Shown: positions 7,602 to 15,991 of the stretch, in pieces
How positions within the stretch are numbered: the first letter of the stretch is position 1
How the letters are laid out: every line of letters begins with the position of its first letter
Assembly (NCBI GenBank): GCA_031412835.1
Contig: JANODS010000449.1
Location: 1 to 34,031, forward strand
Origin: Acidobacteriota bacterium
Lineage (GTDB): Bacteria; Acidobacteriota; Terriglobia; Bryobacterales; Bryobacteraceae
Length of the DNA stretch: 34,031 nt
Reading direction: 5' to 3'
Program-made: the position numbers and the translations under genes
Notes under the pieces: generated by a model
Told to the model about the DNA's origin: nothing
The model's database searches: none
What the model saw: only the letters and a program-made list of their open reading frames with translations

Positions 7602-9988
7602 TGACTACCTGGTTGATGACCGTGGTCCAGGATGTTCGCTACGGCGTCCGCGATCTCGCGCACAGCCCCGGCTTCACCGCCACCGCGACGCTGTCACTGG
7701 CCCTGGGCATCCTCGCCACCACCGCTATGTACTCGGTCATCTATGGCGTGGTCCTGAATCCGTTCCCCTACAAGGACGTCGATAACCTCGTTTCGATCGC
7801 CGTCCGCAACCCGGAGTCGCGGGGTTGGCGGACCTCCTACAGCGTCGACGAGTACGTGGCGCTGGCCGAGCGGAGTCACGTCTTTTCCGGGGTCGCTTTC
7901 TCGACCATCTCCGAGGTCGCTTGGCGGGAAAATGGCGAGCCGATCCGGCTGCGCGGCAACCACATCTCCCACAACGGCTTCGACGTGATGGGCGTCCCCG
8001 CAATGCTCGGCCGCGCCACCACCGCGGCCGATGCGGACCCCGAAGCGACCGCCGTCCTCGGCTACCAATTCTGGGTGAAGCAATTTGGGGCGAGGCCGAG
8101 CGTGATCGGCCAGAGGATGATTCTGAATGATCGCCCCCGGGTCGTGATCGGGGTCATGCCGCCGCGCTTCATGTTCCGGGGGGCGGACGTCTATCTGCCG
8201 ATCCACTACCGCTCCGGCGCTCTTCCCGAAGGCGTGAGCAACGGCATGGTTACTGCGCGGCGGCACCCGGGCGTGACTAATGCGCAAGCGCAGACCGACC
8301 TGGATCCGGTGATCGCCGACCTCGCCGCCCAGTCCCCCGGGAACTTCCCGAAGCAGTGGCGCGTCGAGCTGATCACCTTCGCCGAGTCCTTCCCGAGCGG
8401 GATTCGGGACACCCTTTGGATTCTCTTTGCGGCCGTCGGCCTCCTGCTGCTGATCGCCTGCGCCAACGTCTCGAACCTGCTGCTGGCGCGCGCGTCGAGC
8501 CGCCAGAAGGAGATGGCGATGCGCGCGGCGCTCGGGGCGAGTCGACTCCGCATCTTCCGCCAACTGCTGACGGAGAGCCTGCTCCTCGGACTGGCCGGCA
8601 GCCTGCTGGGCGTGCTCGGCTCCTGGGTCGGACTGAAGGCGATTCTGGCGGTGATGCCGCCGGAGGTGCTGCCTTCGGAGTCGGAGGTGGTGCTGAACCT
8701 GCCCGTGCTCGCCTTCAGCTTCGGCCTGTGTCTGGCGGCGACGGTGCTCTTCGGGCTCGCCCCGGCGCTGCACTCTTCGGGAGGCGAGTTGAATCGGCCG
8801 CTGCAAGCGGCGGGACGGAGCCGCGGTATGAACTGGCTCCGCGGCGGGCTAGTGGTGGGGGAGTTGACCCTGTCGGTGATCCTGCTCGCTTGTGCTGGCC
8901 TGTTCCTGGCCACGCTCGTCCGCCTGCACAATGCCCCCCTGGCCGTCCAGATAGAGAACCGGCTGAGCTTCCTCTTCCCTTCCGCCAAGGAGCCGAGGGC
9001 GCGTACCGCTTACATCGGCCAGTTTCTCGACAAGGTGAAGGCGATGCCCGGCGTGCTCGCCGTCGGGTTGAACGCCGGCATTCATCCGCTGGGGAGTATG
9101 GACTTCCCCGTCACCGTTCCCAGTCTGCCGAAGGCCGACCCGCGCCCGGTCAACATCCATCAGGTGAACGTCGACTACCTGAAGGCGACGGGCATTGCGC
9201 GCCGTCGGGGCGAATGGTTCACAGACGGCGACATCGCCTCCCGCCGCCAGGTCGCCCTTGTCAACGAGGCTTTTTTGCGCCGGTACCCGATCACGCTGGG
9301 CCAGACGGTGAAGCTCTGGCGTCTGAAACAGCCGCCGTTCGCGCTGGCCGACGATAGCTTCGAGATCGTCGGGGTGGTGGCGGACGCGCTGCACGAACTC
9401 CACAACGGCGAGGCCAATGCTGAGCTGTATATTCCGTACTCCGTCCTGGGTCTGGCGGACGCCTTCGTCGTGCATACCCAAGGGGATCCGGCGGCGTTCA
9501 TTCGTCCGCTGCGGTTGGCGGCGGCGGAACTGGATCCAAACCAGGTCCTGAGCGACGCGGTGCCGCTCGCCAGCCTGATGGACCGGTATGTTTACAGCCG
9601 GGGCCGCTTCAACGTCTGGCTAATGGGCTCGTTCGCGCTGATCGGCCTGACCCTCGCTGCCCTCGGCGTCTACGGGCTTTTTGCTCAGCTCGTAGCTGTG
9701 CAGGGCCGTGAGATCGGCATCCGGATGACGCTGGGAGCGACGCGGGGCGATATCGTCGGGATGGTCCTTCGTCGCGGGGTTCTGCTGCTGGGATGCGGGC
9801 TTTCGCTGGGGGCGACGGTTACGATCCTGCTGCTCCGCGAGTTCGGGGTGCGGCTGGGTGTCTCTGACCCGCTGGACCCGGTGGCTCTTACGCTGTCGTG
9901 CGCCCTGCTATTTGCCACGGGGTTACTGGCTTGTTTCATCCCTGCCTGGCGGGCGGGAAAACTCGACCCGGCGCGGTTAGTCCAGTAG
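7592..9988 (+). CDS. Duplicated FtsX/MacB-type permease (ADOP-like orphan permease)
   Basis: The track ORF starts at 7451 inside padR. The plausible starts are ATG 7592 or ATG 7601, and the latter overlaps the padR TGA. The N-terminus TVVQDVRYGVRDLAHSPGFTATA is typical for this family. Two MacB-periplasmic plus FtsX 4-TM halves are present. Confidence 0.85.
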   Translation: MGVMTTWLMTVVQDVRYGVRDLAHSPGFTATATLSLALGILATTAMYSVIYGVVLNPFPYKDVDNLVSIAVRNPESRGWRTSYSVDEYVALAERSHVFSGVAFSTISEVAWRENGEPIRLRGNHISHNGFDVMGVPAMLGRATTAADADPEATAVLGYQFWVKQFGARPSVIGQRMILNDRPRVVIGVMPPRFMFRGADVYLPIHYRSGALPEGVSNGMVTARRHPGVTNAQAQTDLDPVIADLAAQSPGNFPKQWRVELITFAESFPSGIRDTLWILFAAVGLLLLIACANVSNLLLARASSRQKEMAMRAALGASRLRIFRQLLTESLLLGLAGSLLGVLGSWVGLKAILAVMPPEVLPSESEVVLNLPVLAFSFGLCLAATVLFGLAPALHSSGGELNRPLQAAGRSRGMNWLRGGLVVGELTLSVILLACAGLFLATLVRLHNAPLAVQIENRLSFLFPSAKEPRARTAYIGQFLDKVKAMPGVLAVGLNAGIHPLGSMDFPVTVPSLPKADPRPVNIHQVNVDYLKATGIARRRGEWFTDGDIASRRQVALVNEAFLRRYPITLGQTVKLWRLKQPPFALADDSFEIVGVVADALHELHNGEANAELYIPYSVLGLADAFVVHTQGDPAAFIRPLRLAAAELDPNQVLSDAVPLASLMDRYVYSRGRFNVWLMGSFALIGLTLAALGVYGLFAQLVAVQGREIGIRMTLGATRGDIVGMVLRRGVLLLGCGLSLGATVTILLLREFGVRLGVSDPLDPVALTLSCALLFATGLLACFIPAWRAGKLDPARLVQ

Positions 9989-11116
9989 GGCGGCGTAGGT
10001 CATCTGGACAAAGGCGGTTCGTTCGTCCGAGCCGCCCTCGCGGTGGATCATGAAGATGCCGATCAGGTCCTTCGCCGGGTCGATGAAGTAGTAAGTGCCG
10101 TAGCGCCCGCCGTGGCCGTGGGTGCCCGGGCTCATGGTCATCGGCGAGAAGCCGGGGCGGACGACCGAGCTGCCTAAACCCCATCCCATGCCGGGGCCGT
10201 TCGTGGCTAGGTCTCCCGTGTGGACGGTGCGCATCAGACGGACCGAAGCGGGGGAGAGGAGACGGAAACCGTTGGCGGCTTTGCCGTCGCGGAGGAGGGC
10301 TTGGTAGAGCAGGAAGAGGTCGCCGGCCGTCGAATAGACGCCGCCTTCGGGGAGCGAATACTTGGCCCCGTCCCGAAACTTCATGGCCCCTTCGCCCAGG
10401 GGATCGTCCGTATATTTGATCGGCTTGCCGTTGCGGAGGATGTAGGCGGTGGGCATCCGGTTCCACTTGTCTTTGGGCGGGAAGATGTAGGAATCCTTCA
10501 TGCCCAGCGGGCCGAAGATCCGCTTGGCGAGGAACTCTTCGAACTTCAGGCCGGAGTGGACTTCGAGGACGCGGGCGAGGACGGCGATGCCGGTGTTACT
10601 GTACTGCCACTTAGTACCGGGGACGTAACTCAGGGGCGTTTGGGAGTAGACGAGGGCCACGTCGGCTAGAGTTTTGTGCAGGGCACCGTGTAACTCGCCG
10701 ATGCCGGCGGGGGGATTCAGCGCCATGCCGGCGGTATGGGTAAGGAGTTGCTGGAGAGTGATCTTCTCCTTGAGGCTGCGGAACTCCGGGAGGTGCTTTT
10801 CGACAGGGTCGGAGAGGGAGAGTTTGCCTTCCTCGGCGAGCATTAAAATGCCGATGGCGACCATGGGCTTGGTCATGGAGTGGATCTGGAAGATGTGGTC
10901 GGCCTTCATGGGGGCCTTGGTTTCCAGATCGGAGTAGCCGGTGGCCTTGAGGTCGACGACGCCCCCGGCGCGGCCGACAAGCGTAACGACACCGGCGGCC
11001 TTGCCCTGTGCGACGAACTCCCGCATTCGCAGAGGGATGGCCGCGAGACGGCCGGGGTCGAGACCGCTTTGGGCGAGAAGGACCGGCGCGGTTATGGCTA
11101 GGAGCAGGGCTCTCAT
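9977..11116 (-). CDS. Secreted serine hydrolase of the beta-lactamase/transpeptidase-like family
   Basis: 379 aa with signal peptide MRALLLAITAPVLLAQ. S-x-x-K motif HSMTK and Y-x-N motif YSN are present. The 3' end overlaps the permease 3' end by 12 nt (convergent genes). Confidence 0.8.
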   Translation of the reverse strand: MRALLLAITAPVLLAQSGLDPGRLAAIPLRMREFVAQGKAAGVVTLVGRAGGVVDLKATGYSDLETKAPMKADHIFQIHSMTKPMVAIGILMLAEEGKLSLSDPVEKHLPEFRSLKEKITLQQLLTHTAGMALNPPAGIGELHGALHKTLADVALVYSQTPLSYVPGTKWQYSNTGIAVLARVLEVHSGLKFEEFLAKRIFGPLGMKDSYIFPPKDKWNRMPTAYILRNGKPIKYTDDPLGEGAMKFRDGAKYSLPEGGVYSTAGDLFLLYQALLRDGKAANGFRLLSPASVRLMRTVHTGDLATNGPGMGWGLGSSVVRPGFSPMTMSPGTHGHGGRYGTYYFIDPAKDLIGIFMIHREGGSDERTAFVQMTYAALLD

Positions 11117-12534
11117 TCAGACTCCTTGGCCGAAGCGAGGTATTCCTGGGGGCTGCGGAAGGTCTTGGTTTTGTAGAGGCGCCCGCCGTCTTCGAGGGGG
11201 GCGGTCCAGTTATTACTCCAGGCGTCGCCGGTCTCGGCCATCTTCTTTTGCAGGCGGCGGTCAAGACTGGCTTCGAGTTGCTTGCGCTGGCCGACCAAGT
11301 TAGTCATCTGATAGGGGTCCTTTTGTAAGTCGTATAGAACCCAGGGTTTGTCGGCATAGCGGGCGTAGATATAGCGGTCCGTGCGGATGCCGCGCCAGCC
11401 GGCGGCGGTGCCGTCGCCGGCGAACGGGCCGAAGATCTGGAAGAAGGCCTCGCGGGGTCCGGTGCCTTTGCCGGCGAGGAGGTCTCGGCTGAGGTCCTTT
11501 CCCTGCATGGCGGCGGGGATGCGGACCCCGGCGAGGCCGAGCAGGGTGGGGGCGAAATCGACGTGGGTGAAGAAGGCCGGGGTCGAGGTGTCGGGGGCGA
11601 TTTTGCCGGGCCAGCGGAGGAAGCCGGGGACACGGATGGACTCTTCCCAAGGCTTGCGTTTGAGGCGTTCGCCTTGGGACCCGAGCATGTCGCCGTGGTC
11701 GGAAGAGTAGAGGACGATGGTGTTCTCGGCGAGGCCGAGGTCGTCAAGGGCCCGGAGGATTTTGCCGGTGGCGTCGTCAATGGCGGTGACCATGCCGTAG
11801 TACTCCGCGATCTGCTCGGGGCCGGGGACGCCGGGCTTGGATTGCCAGTTGGGGCGCATGGTGAGCTTGGCGGGGTCGTACTGCTGGCGGTACTCGGGCG
11901 GGGCTTTGTAGGGATCGTGGGGCGGGCCCCATTGGACGGTGAGATAGAAGGGCTGGTCGGCGGCTTTGGCGGCCTTGAGGAACTCGATCCCGTAGTCGGC
12001 GTAGGCGTCGGCTTCGAAGCGGTCCAGGCGGATGGGGTCCGGGGTATCGCGGAAGATGGTGTTGTTGAAGTGCTGGTGGCTGCACTGGTTGGCGGCCCAG
12101 AACTGGTAGCCTTGGCGACGGGGGCCGGGCGGGACGAAGCCGGGCAGGCGGGGGCCGCCATCGAGGTGCCATTTGCCGACGAAGCCGGTGCGGTAGCCGG
12201 CGGCGGCAAGGGCTTTGGCGATGGAGGGGCCGTCCTCATTGAGGCGCAGGTCGTTGGCGACCATGCCGTTGCGATGGCAGTATTGGCCGGTGAGCAGAAT
12301 GGCGCGGGCCGGGCAACAGACCGGGGTATTGGCGAACGTGTTGGGGATGGTCAGGCCCTGGCGCGCGAGGGCGTCAATATGGGGAGTTTTGACTTCTGTG
12401 TTGCCCAGACAGCCGACGGATTGGGCGCGGTGCTGGTCTGGCATGAGGAAGACGATGTTGGGTCGCTTCGGAACCTGGGCGGCAACCGTGGCCGCCGCGG
12501 CGTAGGAGAGGAACTGTCGTCTGCTGTTTGCCAT
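11113..12534 (-). CDS. Tat-exported sulfatase (formylglycine-dependent arylsulfatase family)
   Basis: 473 aa with twin-arginine leader NSRRQFLSYAAAATVAA. Motifs MPDQHR, the C-x-P-x-R box CCPARAILLTGQY, and GKWHL are present. It overlaps the downstream hydrolase gene by 4 nt. Confidence 0.85.
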   Translation of the reverse strand: MANSRRQFLSYAAAATVAAQVPKRPNIVFLMPDQHRAQSVGCLGNTEVKTPHIDALARQGLTIPNTFANTPVCCPARAILLTGQYCHRNGMVANDLRLNEDGPSIAKALAAAGYRTGFVGKWHLDGGPRLPGFVPPGPRRQGYQFWAANQCSHQHFNNTIFRDTPDPIRLDRFEADAYADYGIEFLKAAKAADQPFYLTVQWGPPHDPYKAPPEYRQQYDPAKLTMRPNWQSKPGVPGPEQIAEYYGMVTAIDDATGKILRALDDLGLAENTIVLYSSDHGDMLGSQGERLKRKPWEESIRVPGFLRWPGKIAPDTSTPAFFTHVDFAPTLLGLAGVRIPAAMQGKDLSRDLLAGKGTGPREAFFQIFGPFAGDGTAAGWRGIRTDRYIYARYADKPWVLYDLQKDPYQMTNLVGQRKQLEASLDRRLQKKMAETGDAWSNNWTAPLEDGGRLYKTKTFRSPQEYLASAKESE

Positions 12535-12569
12535 TGCTTGGGCAGTCTATCGCAAAATGGCGGCGCTCA

Positions 12570-13436
12570 CTAGGTAAGGGGCAAGCCATGCCCTTCAGCG
12601 CCGGCGGCAAAGGTCATTTCCCTGGTTTGCGGCTTGATTTCCGGGACAGCCGAGACGGTTTGCGGGTTCGCCGATTCTTCCGCGATCGTTTCGAGCGGCG
12701 CCGGAGCGGGAACTCCGTCTTGCGGGGTGCCCGCGTCGGTTTGCACTTGGCTTTGGTCGTCGACCGGCATGGCACTCGGGTCAATCAAATCAGCAGGTTG
12801 CAGGTTTACAGATTCTTCGCTCATTTGTTCGAGCGGGCCAGGAGCCTGGGACTGCCCGATGATTCTCGCGTTCTGCGTGAGCGGTGTTTTTGGCCTGGGA
12901 TCAAGTTTTCGGAGCATTGTGTACTCTCGATAGCTGGCGTTCAGAGAGCGCTGCGGAGCTGCTTCCTCGCGTCGGAACTCTTTCAGCAGTTTGCTATCCG
13001 CGGCAATTTGGAAACCGTTCAGGCAATCGAGAGTCAAGACGCGGTTTTCCGGGACGCCTGGGTGAGCCAACTGCCCGGCCTTGATCATGCATTCTTCGTT
13101 AAAGGTGCGCTCATTGAGGTTCAGGCGCATGAGGCGCCACTGGGTATCAGCAATTTTTTGGCAGACGCCGATTTCGACCTGATCGCGGGGCTGCAATTTG
13201 TCGGTGTAGTCGGCGACGACGGCCTTGTACGCCTCGGGGCCTTCCCAGGGGAGCAGGACGAGACTCTCGAGGGCCGACATATCGATTACGCTGGAGCGAG
13301 CGCCGTTGCGGAGGCCGTTGAGCCGGACCTTCATTTTCCCGGTTTCTGTTGTTGGGCCAGTGCTTTTCTGGGCATTCTCGCGATTGAGTTCGGCGCGGCG
13401 GGCCTTTTTCTGTTCGTCAGTCAGTTCTTCCGGCAT
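12570..13436 (-). CDS. Hypothetical protein with a conserved basic N-terminal motif and an acidic, Pro/Gln-rich tail
   Basis: 288 aa. The N-terminus ELNRENAQKSTGPTTETGKMKVRLNGLRNG matches a recurring hypothetical-protein motif (NRxNAQKSTGP..xGK....N.L.HG) that I recognise but cannot name. The opposite-strand ORF 12528..13454 looks like an Arg/Leu-rich shadow. Confidence 0.6.
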   Translation of the reverse strand: MPEELTDEQKKARRAELNRENAQKSTGPTTETGKMKVRLNGLRNGARSSVIDMSALESLVLLPWEGPEAYKAVVADYTDKLQPRDQVEIGVCQKIADTQWRLMRLNLNERTFNEECMIKAGQLAHPGVPENRVLTLDCLNGFQIAADSKLLKEFRREEAAPQRSLNASYREYTMLRKLDPRPKTPLTQNARIIGQSQAPGPLEQMSEESVNLQPADLIDPSAMPVDDQSQVQTDAGTPQDGVPAPAPLETIAEESANPQTVSAVPEIKPQTREMTFAAGAEGHGLPLT

Positions 13437-13462
13437 GGTGAAAATCCCTTGTAGAACTAGAA

Positions 13463-13498
13463 CGCCCTGCCTGTTAGCCAGGTCAGGGCGCTGTTTTT
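13463..13498. terminator. GC-rich hairpin with flanking A-run and T-run, lying between two minus-strand genes
   Basis: cgccctgcctg (13463-13473), loop ttagc, caggtcagggcg (13479-13490, one bulged t), then ctgttttt. The T-run is on the plus strand. On the minus strand the tail is only ttctagttct. Confidence 0.4.
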
Positions 13499-13522
13499 GT
13501 AATCTAGATTGAAAACTTATTT

Positions 13523-13798
13523 TTATTGGTTGTGAACGACTTTGGGGAAGGGGGTAACAAGTTGAATTTTGGTATGTTTAGGCGGCAGATGAGCCTTGGC
13601 GAAGGCGACACGATCCGTCCACTCGAACGAGCCCAAATCATCCGAAATCCGCGCCACTACGTCGGCGATCCCGGCAAAGGGTTGCGGTTGATAGGTCCGC
13701 TCATCAACGAAGACGACGCCTTGATGCCTGAATCCCTTCGCGGGCCATGCCAGTAAGACCGGTGGTAATCTATGTTCGTCAAGCAGGAATCGCAACAT
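13523..13798 (-). CDS. Hypothetical small protein, possibly with a PIN-like/DUF5615-type N-terminus
   Basis: 91 aa starting MLRFLLDEHRLPPVLL. Hand-counted third-position GC is about 59%, against about 52% local GC, which weakly favours this frame. No catalytic motif could be confirmed. Confidence 0.35.
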   Translation of the reverse strand: MLRFLLDEHRLPPVLLAWPAKGFRHQGVVFVDERTYQPQPFAGIADVVARISDDLGSFEWTDRVAFAKAHLPPKHTKIQLVTPFPKVVHNQ

Positions 13799-13972
13799 CT
13801 ACCGGATTTCGACCCAAACTCCGGGTGGCAGGGACACGGGAAAAAGAGATGGCTTTCGGTCGACGCGCGGTTCAGGATACACAAGCGGCCTCGGGGATCA
13901 TTGATAGCGCGACGTCGTTTTCCGCGCTGGTCGAGGTCAACCGCAAAGCCTGGAAATGGCAGTAGCCGAGGC

Positions 13973-14326
13973 TTAACGCAACTTGGTGTCGTACTCCGCG
14001 TTGGAGGCTCGTTCCGTGGCTTCGAATGCGGCGCGGATCGCGTCCATGGCGGGCATCGGCGGCGGCGGGCGGGGCGGTTCGAGCACGAAGTAGTTCCGGT
14101 CCGCGTCAGTAAATTCGCCGGAGTAACTCGACGAGTTGCGCTCGGAGAACTTGACTCCGTCGGCGGTTTGGCGCGGCCGCGTGCTGACCGGGTTTTCGAG
14201 CTTTAGGCAAGCCCCATTCGGCGGGGCCGGGAAGGTACGCGAGAGCGTGATGCTCGAGTTACCGGAACTAAGTTCGGCTTCGATAAGTTCAGGGAGCGCG
14301 GCGGGGAATGCGGCTATCTCTTGCAT
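13973..14326 (-). CDS. Conserved hypothetical protein (117 aa)
   Basis: The track ORF 13973..14629 is trimmed to ATG 14326, which lies 8 nt after the stop of the upstream 513-aa gene. The sequence MQEIAAFPAALPELIEAELSSGNSSITL..FPAPPNGACLKLENPV..YSGEFTDADRNYFVLEPP looks like a folded, conserved protein. Confidence 0.55.
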   Translation of the reverse strand: MQEIAAFPAALPELIEAELSSGNSSITLSRTFPAPPNGACLKLENPVSTRPRQTADGVKFSERNSSSYSGEFTDADRNYFVLEPPRPPPPMPAMDAIRAAFEATERASNAEYDTKLR

Positions 14327-14334
14327 AAGTGAAG

Positions 14335-15876
14335 TTACTCCAGCGGCTCCGGACCCAACTGTCGAAGAAACTCGTCGCGTTCGAGCGAGAGGGCGGCGCC
14401 TTCCCCGCCGCTGGTCGCCCAGGAGGCATAAGTATGGGCCCAATTCGCGGCTTGTTGGCGGGCGGCGGCGGCCTTGGCGGGATCGCTCGCCCGCAGACGG
14501 ATCCAGCGCAGTCGATACATCTCGGCGATCTGGATGGCGCAGTATATGGCTTGAATTCCGTCGCGAATCAGCTTTTCGGCTTCTTCCAATCGATCCTCGC
14601 GCTCGGCCTTGCGGGCGAGTTGCCACCATACGGGGCCATCCTCATCTGGCTCGAGGCTAGCGGGCTTTTCCTTCTGTTGCGGTCCGCCGTATTCGACGCT
14701 CCGCAGAATGAGGGCGGCGTAGTCCAGCGCGAAACCCGTGGACGCGGGATCGGCCGTCACTCGCGCGCGCAAGACCGCTGAATCGTGGGACCACGGAGCG
14801 AGTAGGTGCACTTGGTCGATGGGCTCGTCGTTCACAACGATGTTTCGAACGCCTAGCGCCGACATCCCCCCGGCTTCAAACCGCACAAATTCCGGGTTGG
14901 GATGGGATTGTTCGGCTTCTGCTTGGACGTCGTCAAGAATCTGATCGACGCTCCGGCCTTCCTTGGTGAGAATGTGCAGGCTGATTTGAATATTCCCTTC
15001 TGGATCGAGAAGCAGGGTCCGCCTCCCATCATCATTGACGTGCCAGCCCAACGCTACTTGGATCACTGCTTGGATGGCACCCGCGCCGAGCTTGGCGGTC
15101 TTGGCCTGAAGATCGGATGCGAGCATATTCGGCACGAAGCCGATCCCTTGGTCGCGCAACCTTGCGTTGACGGGATGCTCCGGATCGAGGGTCGCCAAGT
15201 CGTCGGACTTCGCAAAGTATCCGAAGTCCGCCGGTGTAAATTGGAGAGGGGAAGGGGCGTTGGCTTCGGCTAACGCGGATGGCGCTGGGACCGTGGGGAC
15301 CGGTTCGGGGATGCTTGGCTCGGCTGGCTCCGGTTCCGGTAGCCGTTCCGGAACGATGCCCAAACCCGGACCCGCGGGAACCGTCTGCCCTTTGGGATTG
15401 GCGAGCACGAAGCTTTGCAGAGCGGTCTTCCAGACCGACTCCAGCGGCGAGCTGATCGATTCGGGGGCAAACAGTCCGATGTGGACAAATCGACCGCCGT
15501 CTTCGAAAAACGCGAATCTGACTTCGAACCAGGTGCCATCCTGTTCCTGGCGTCCTACCCCGGCTAACCCTTCTCTATTGCCCACGGACTCGGGGCCGAA
15601 GGCCGTGGGCCGGATGCCCTGAGAACTCAGGAGGAAGAGGCTCCAATCCTGGAGGGTTCCATCTTCGAACCCAGGCCGGGCGGCTACGGTGAGCACTACG
15701 GCGGCCCAGGGCGCGGAGACCAACGCCAGCGGGACAAAGGCGGTCGGTTCGCTGAAATCGACCTCTTCCGGAGGCAGTTCGTGCGAATTCCAATCACTGG
15801 GGACGGAGACTCGAAACGCCAGATCCGCGATGCGGGCGGGGATCTCAAGAACTGTGAACTCAGGTGAGGCAGCCAT
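14335..15876 (-). CDS. Hypothetical protein (513 aa) with two globular modules, a Pro/Glu-rich linker and a C-terminal helical module
   Basis: This is a long ORF with non-shadow composition. The linker is PERLPEPEPAEPSIPEPVPTVPAP. The C-terminal helical region is WWQLARKAEREDRLEEAEKLI...WAHTYASWATSGGEGAALSLERDEF. No enzymatic motif was recognised. Confidence 0.65.
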   Translation of the reverse strand: MAASPEFTVLEIPARIADLAFRVSVPSDWNSHELPPEEVDFSEPTAFVPLALVSAPWAAVVLTVAARPGFEDGTLQDWSLFLLSSQGIRPTAFGPESVGNREGLAGVGRQEQDGTWFEVRFAFFEDGGRFVHIGLFAPESISSPLESVWKTALQSFVLANPKGQTVPAGPGLGIVPERLPEPEPAEPSIPEPVPTVPAPSALAEANAPSPLQFTPADFGYFAKSDDLATLDPEHPVNARLRDQGIGFVPNMLASDLQAKTAKLGAGAIQAVIQVALGWHVNDDGRRTLLLDPEGNIQISLHILTKEGRSVDQILDDVQAEAEQSHPNPEFVRFEAGGMSALGVRNIVVNDEPIDQVHLLAPWSHDSAVLRARVTADPASTGFALDYAALILRSVEYGGPQQKEKPASLEPDEDGPVWWQLARKAEREDRLEEAEKLIRDGIQAIYCAIQIAEMYRLRWIRLRASDPAKAAAARQQAANWAHTYASWATSGGEGAALSLERDEFLRQLGPEPLE

Positions 15877-15991
15877 ATGCTAGGGAAGGCGCAGGGAAGG
15901 CTACGAATCGATCACGAGGCTGCCGATTTTGGGGAAAGATAGGGACCGGGAGGCCAGCCCCTTTCGTTTTTGCGCGCCTAACGCGACGGGA

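Noticed and set aside
486-12573. Many long ORFs overlap the called genes on the other strand or in other frames, for example 486..1256(-), 5058..5954(+), 7694..8806(-), 8356..9357(+), 11304..12239(-) and 11563..12573(+).
   Set aside because: Their products are Arg/Pro/Gly/Ala-rich low-complexity strings with no motifs. They shadow genes that have clear family signatures. This is expected for stop-poor frames in DNA of 65% GC or more.
12528-13454. A 308-aa plus-strand ORF lies opposite the 288-aa gene.
   Set aside because: Its composition is Arg/Leu/Phe-rich and antisense-like. The minus-strand product carries a recognisable conserved N-terminal motif.
13747-13965. A plus-strand 72-aa ORF lies in the spacer between the 117-aa and 91-aa genes. 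It could be an antitoxin partner for the PIN-like candidate.
   Set aside because: It is on the wrong strand for an operon partner and has no HTH, RHH or DUF433-like motif. The internal ATG has no usable SD spacing.
13973-14629. A 218-aa ORF overlaps the 3' end of the 513-aa gene.
   Set aside because: Its 5' portion (14335-14629) is an Arg-rich shadow of the 513-aa gene. Only the part from ATG 14326 onward looks like a real protein, so I trimmed the call to 117 aa.
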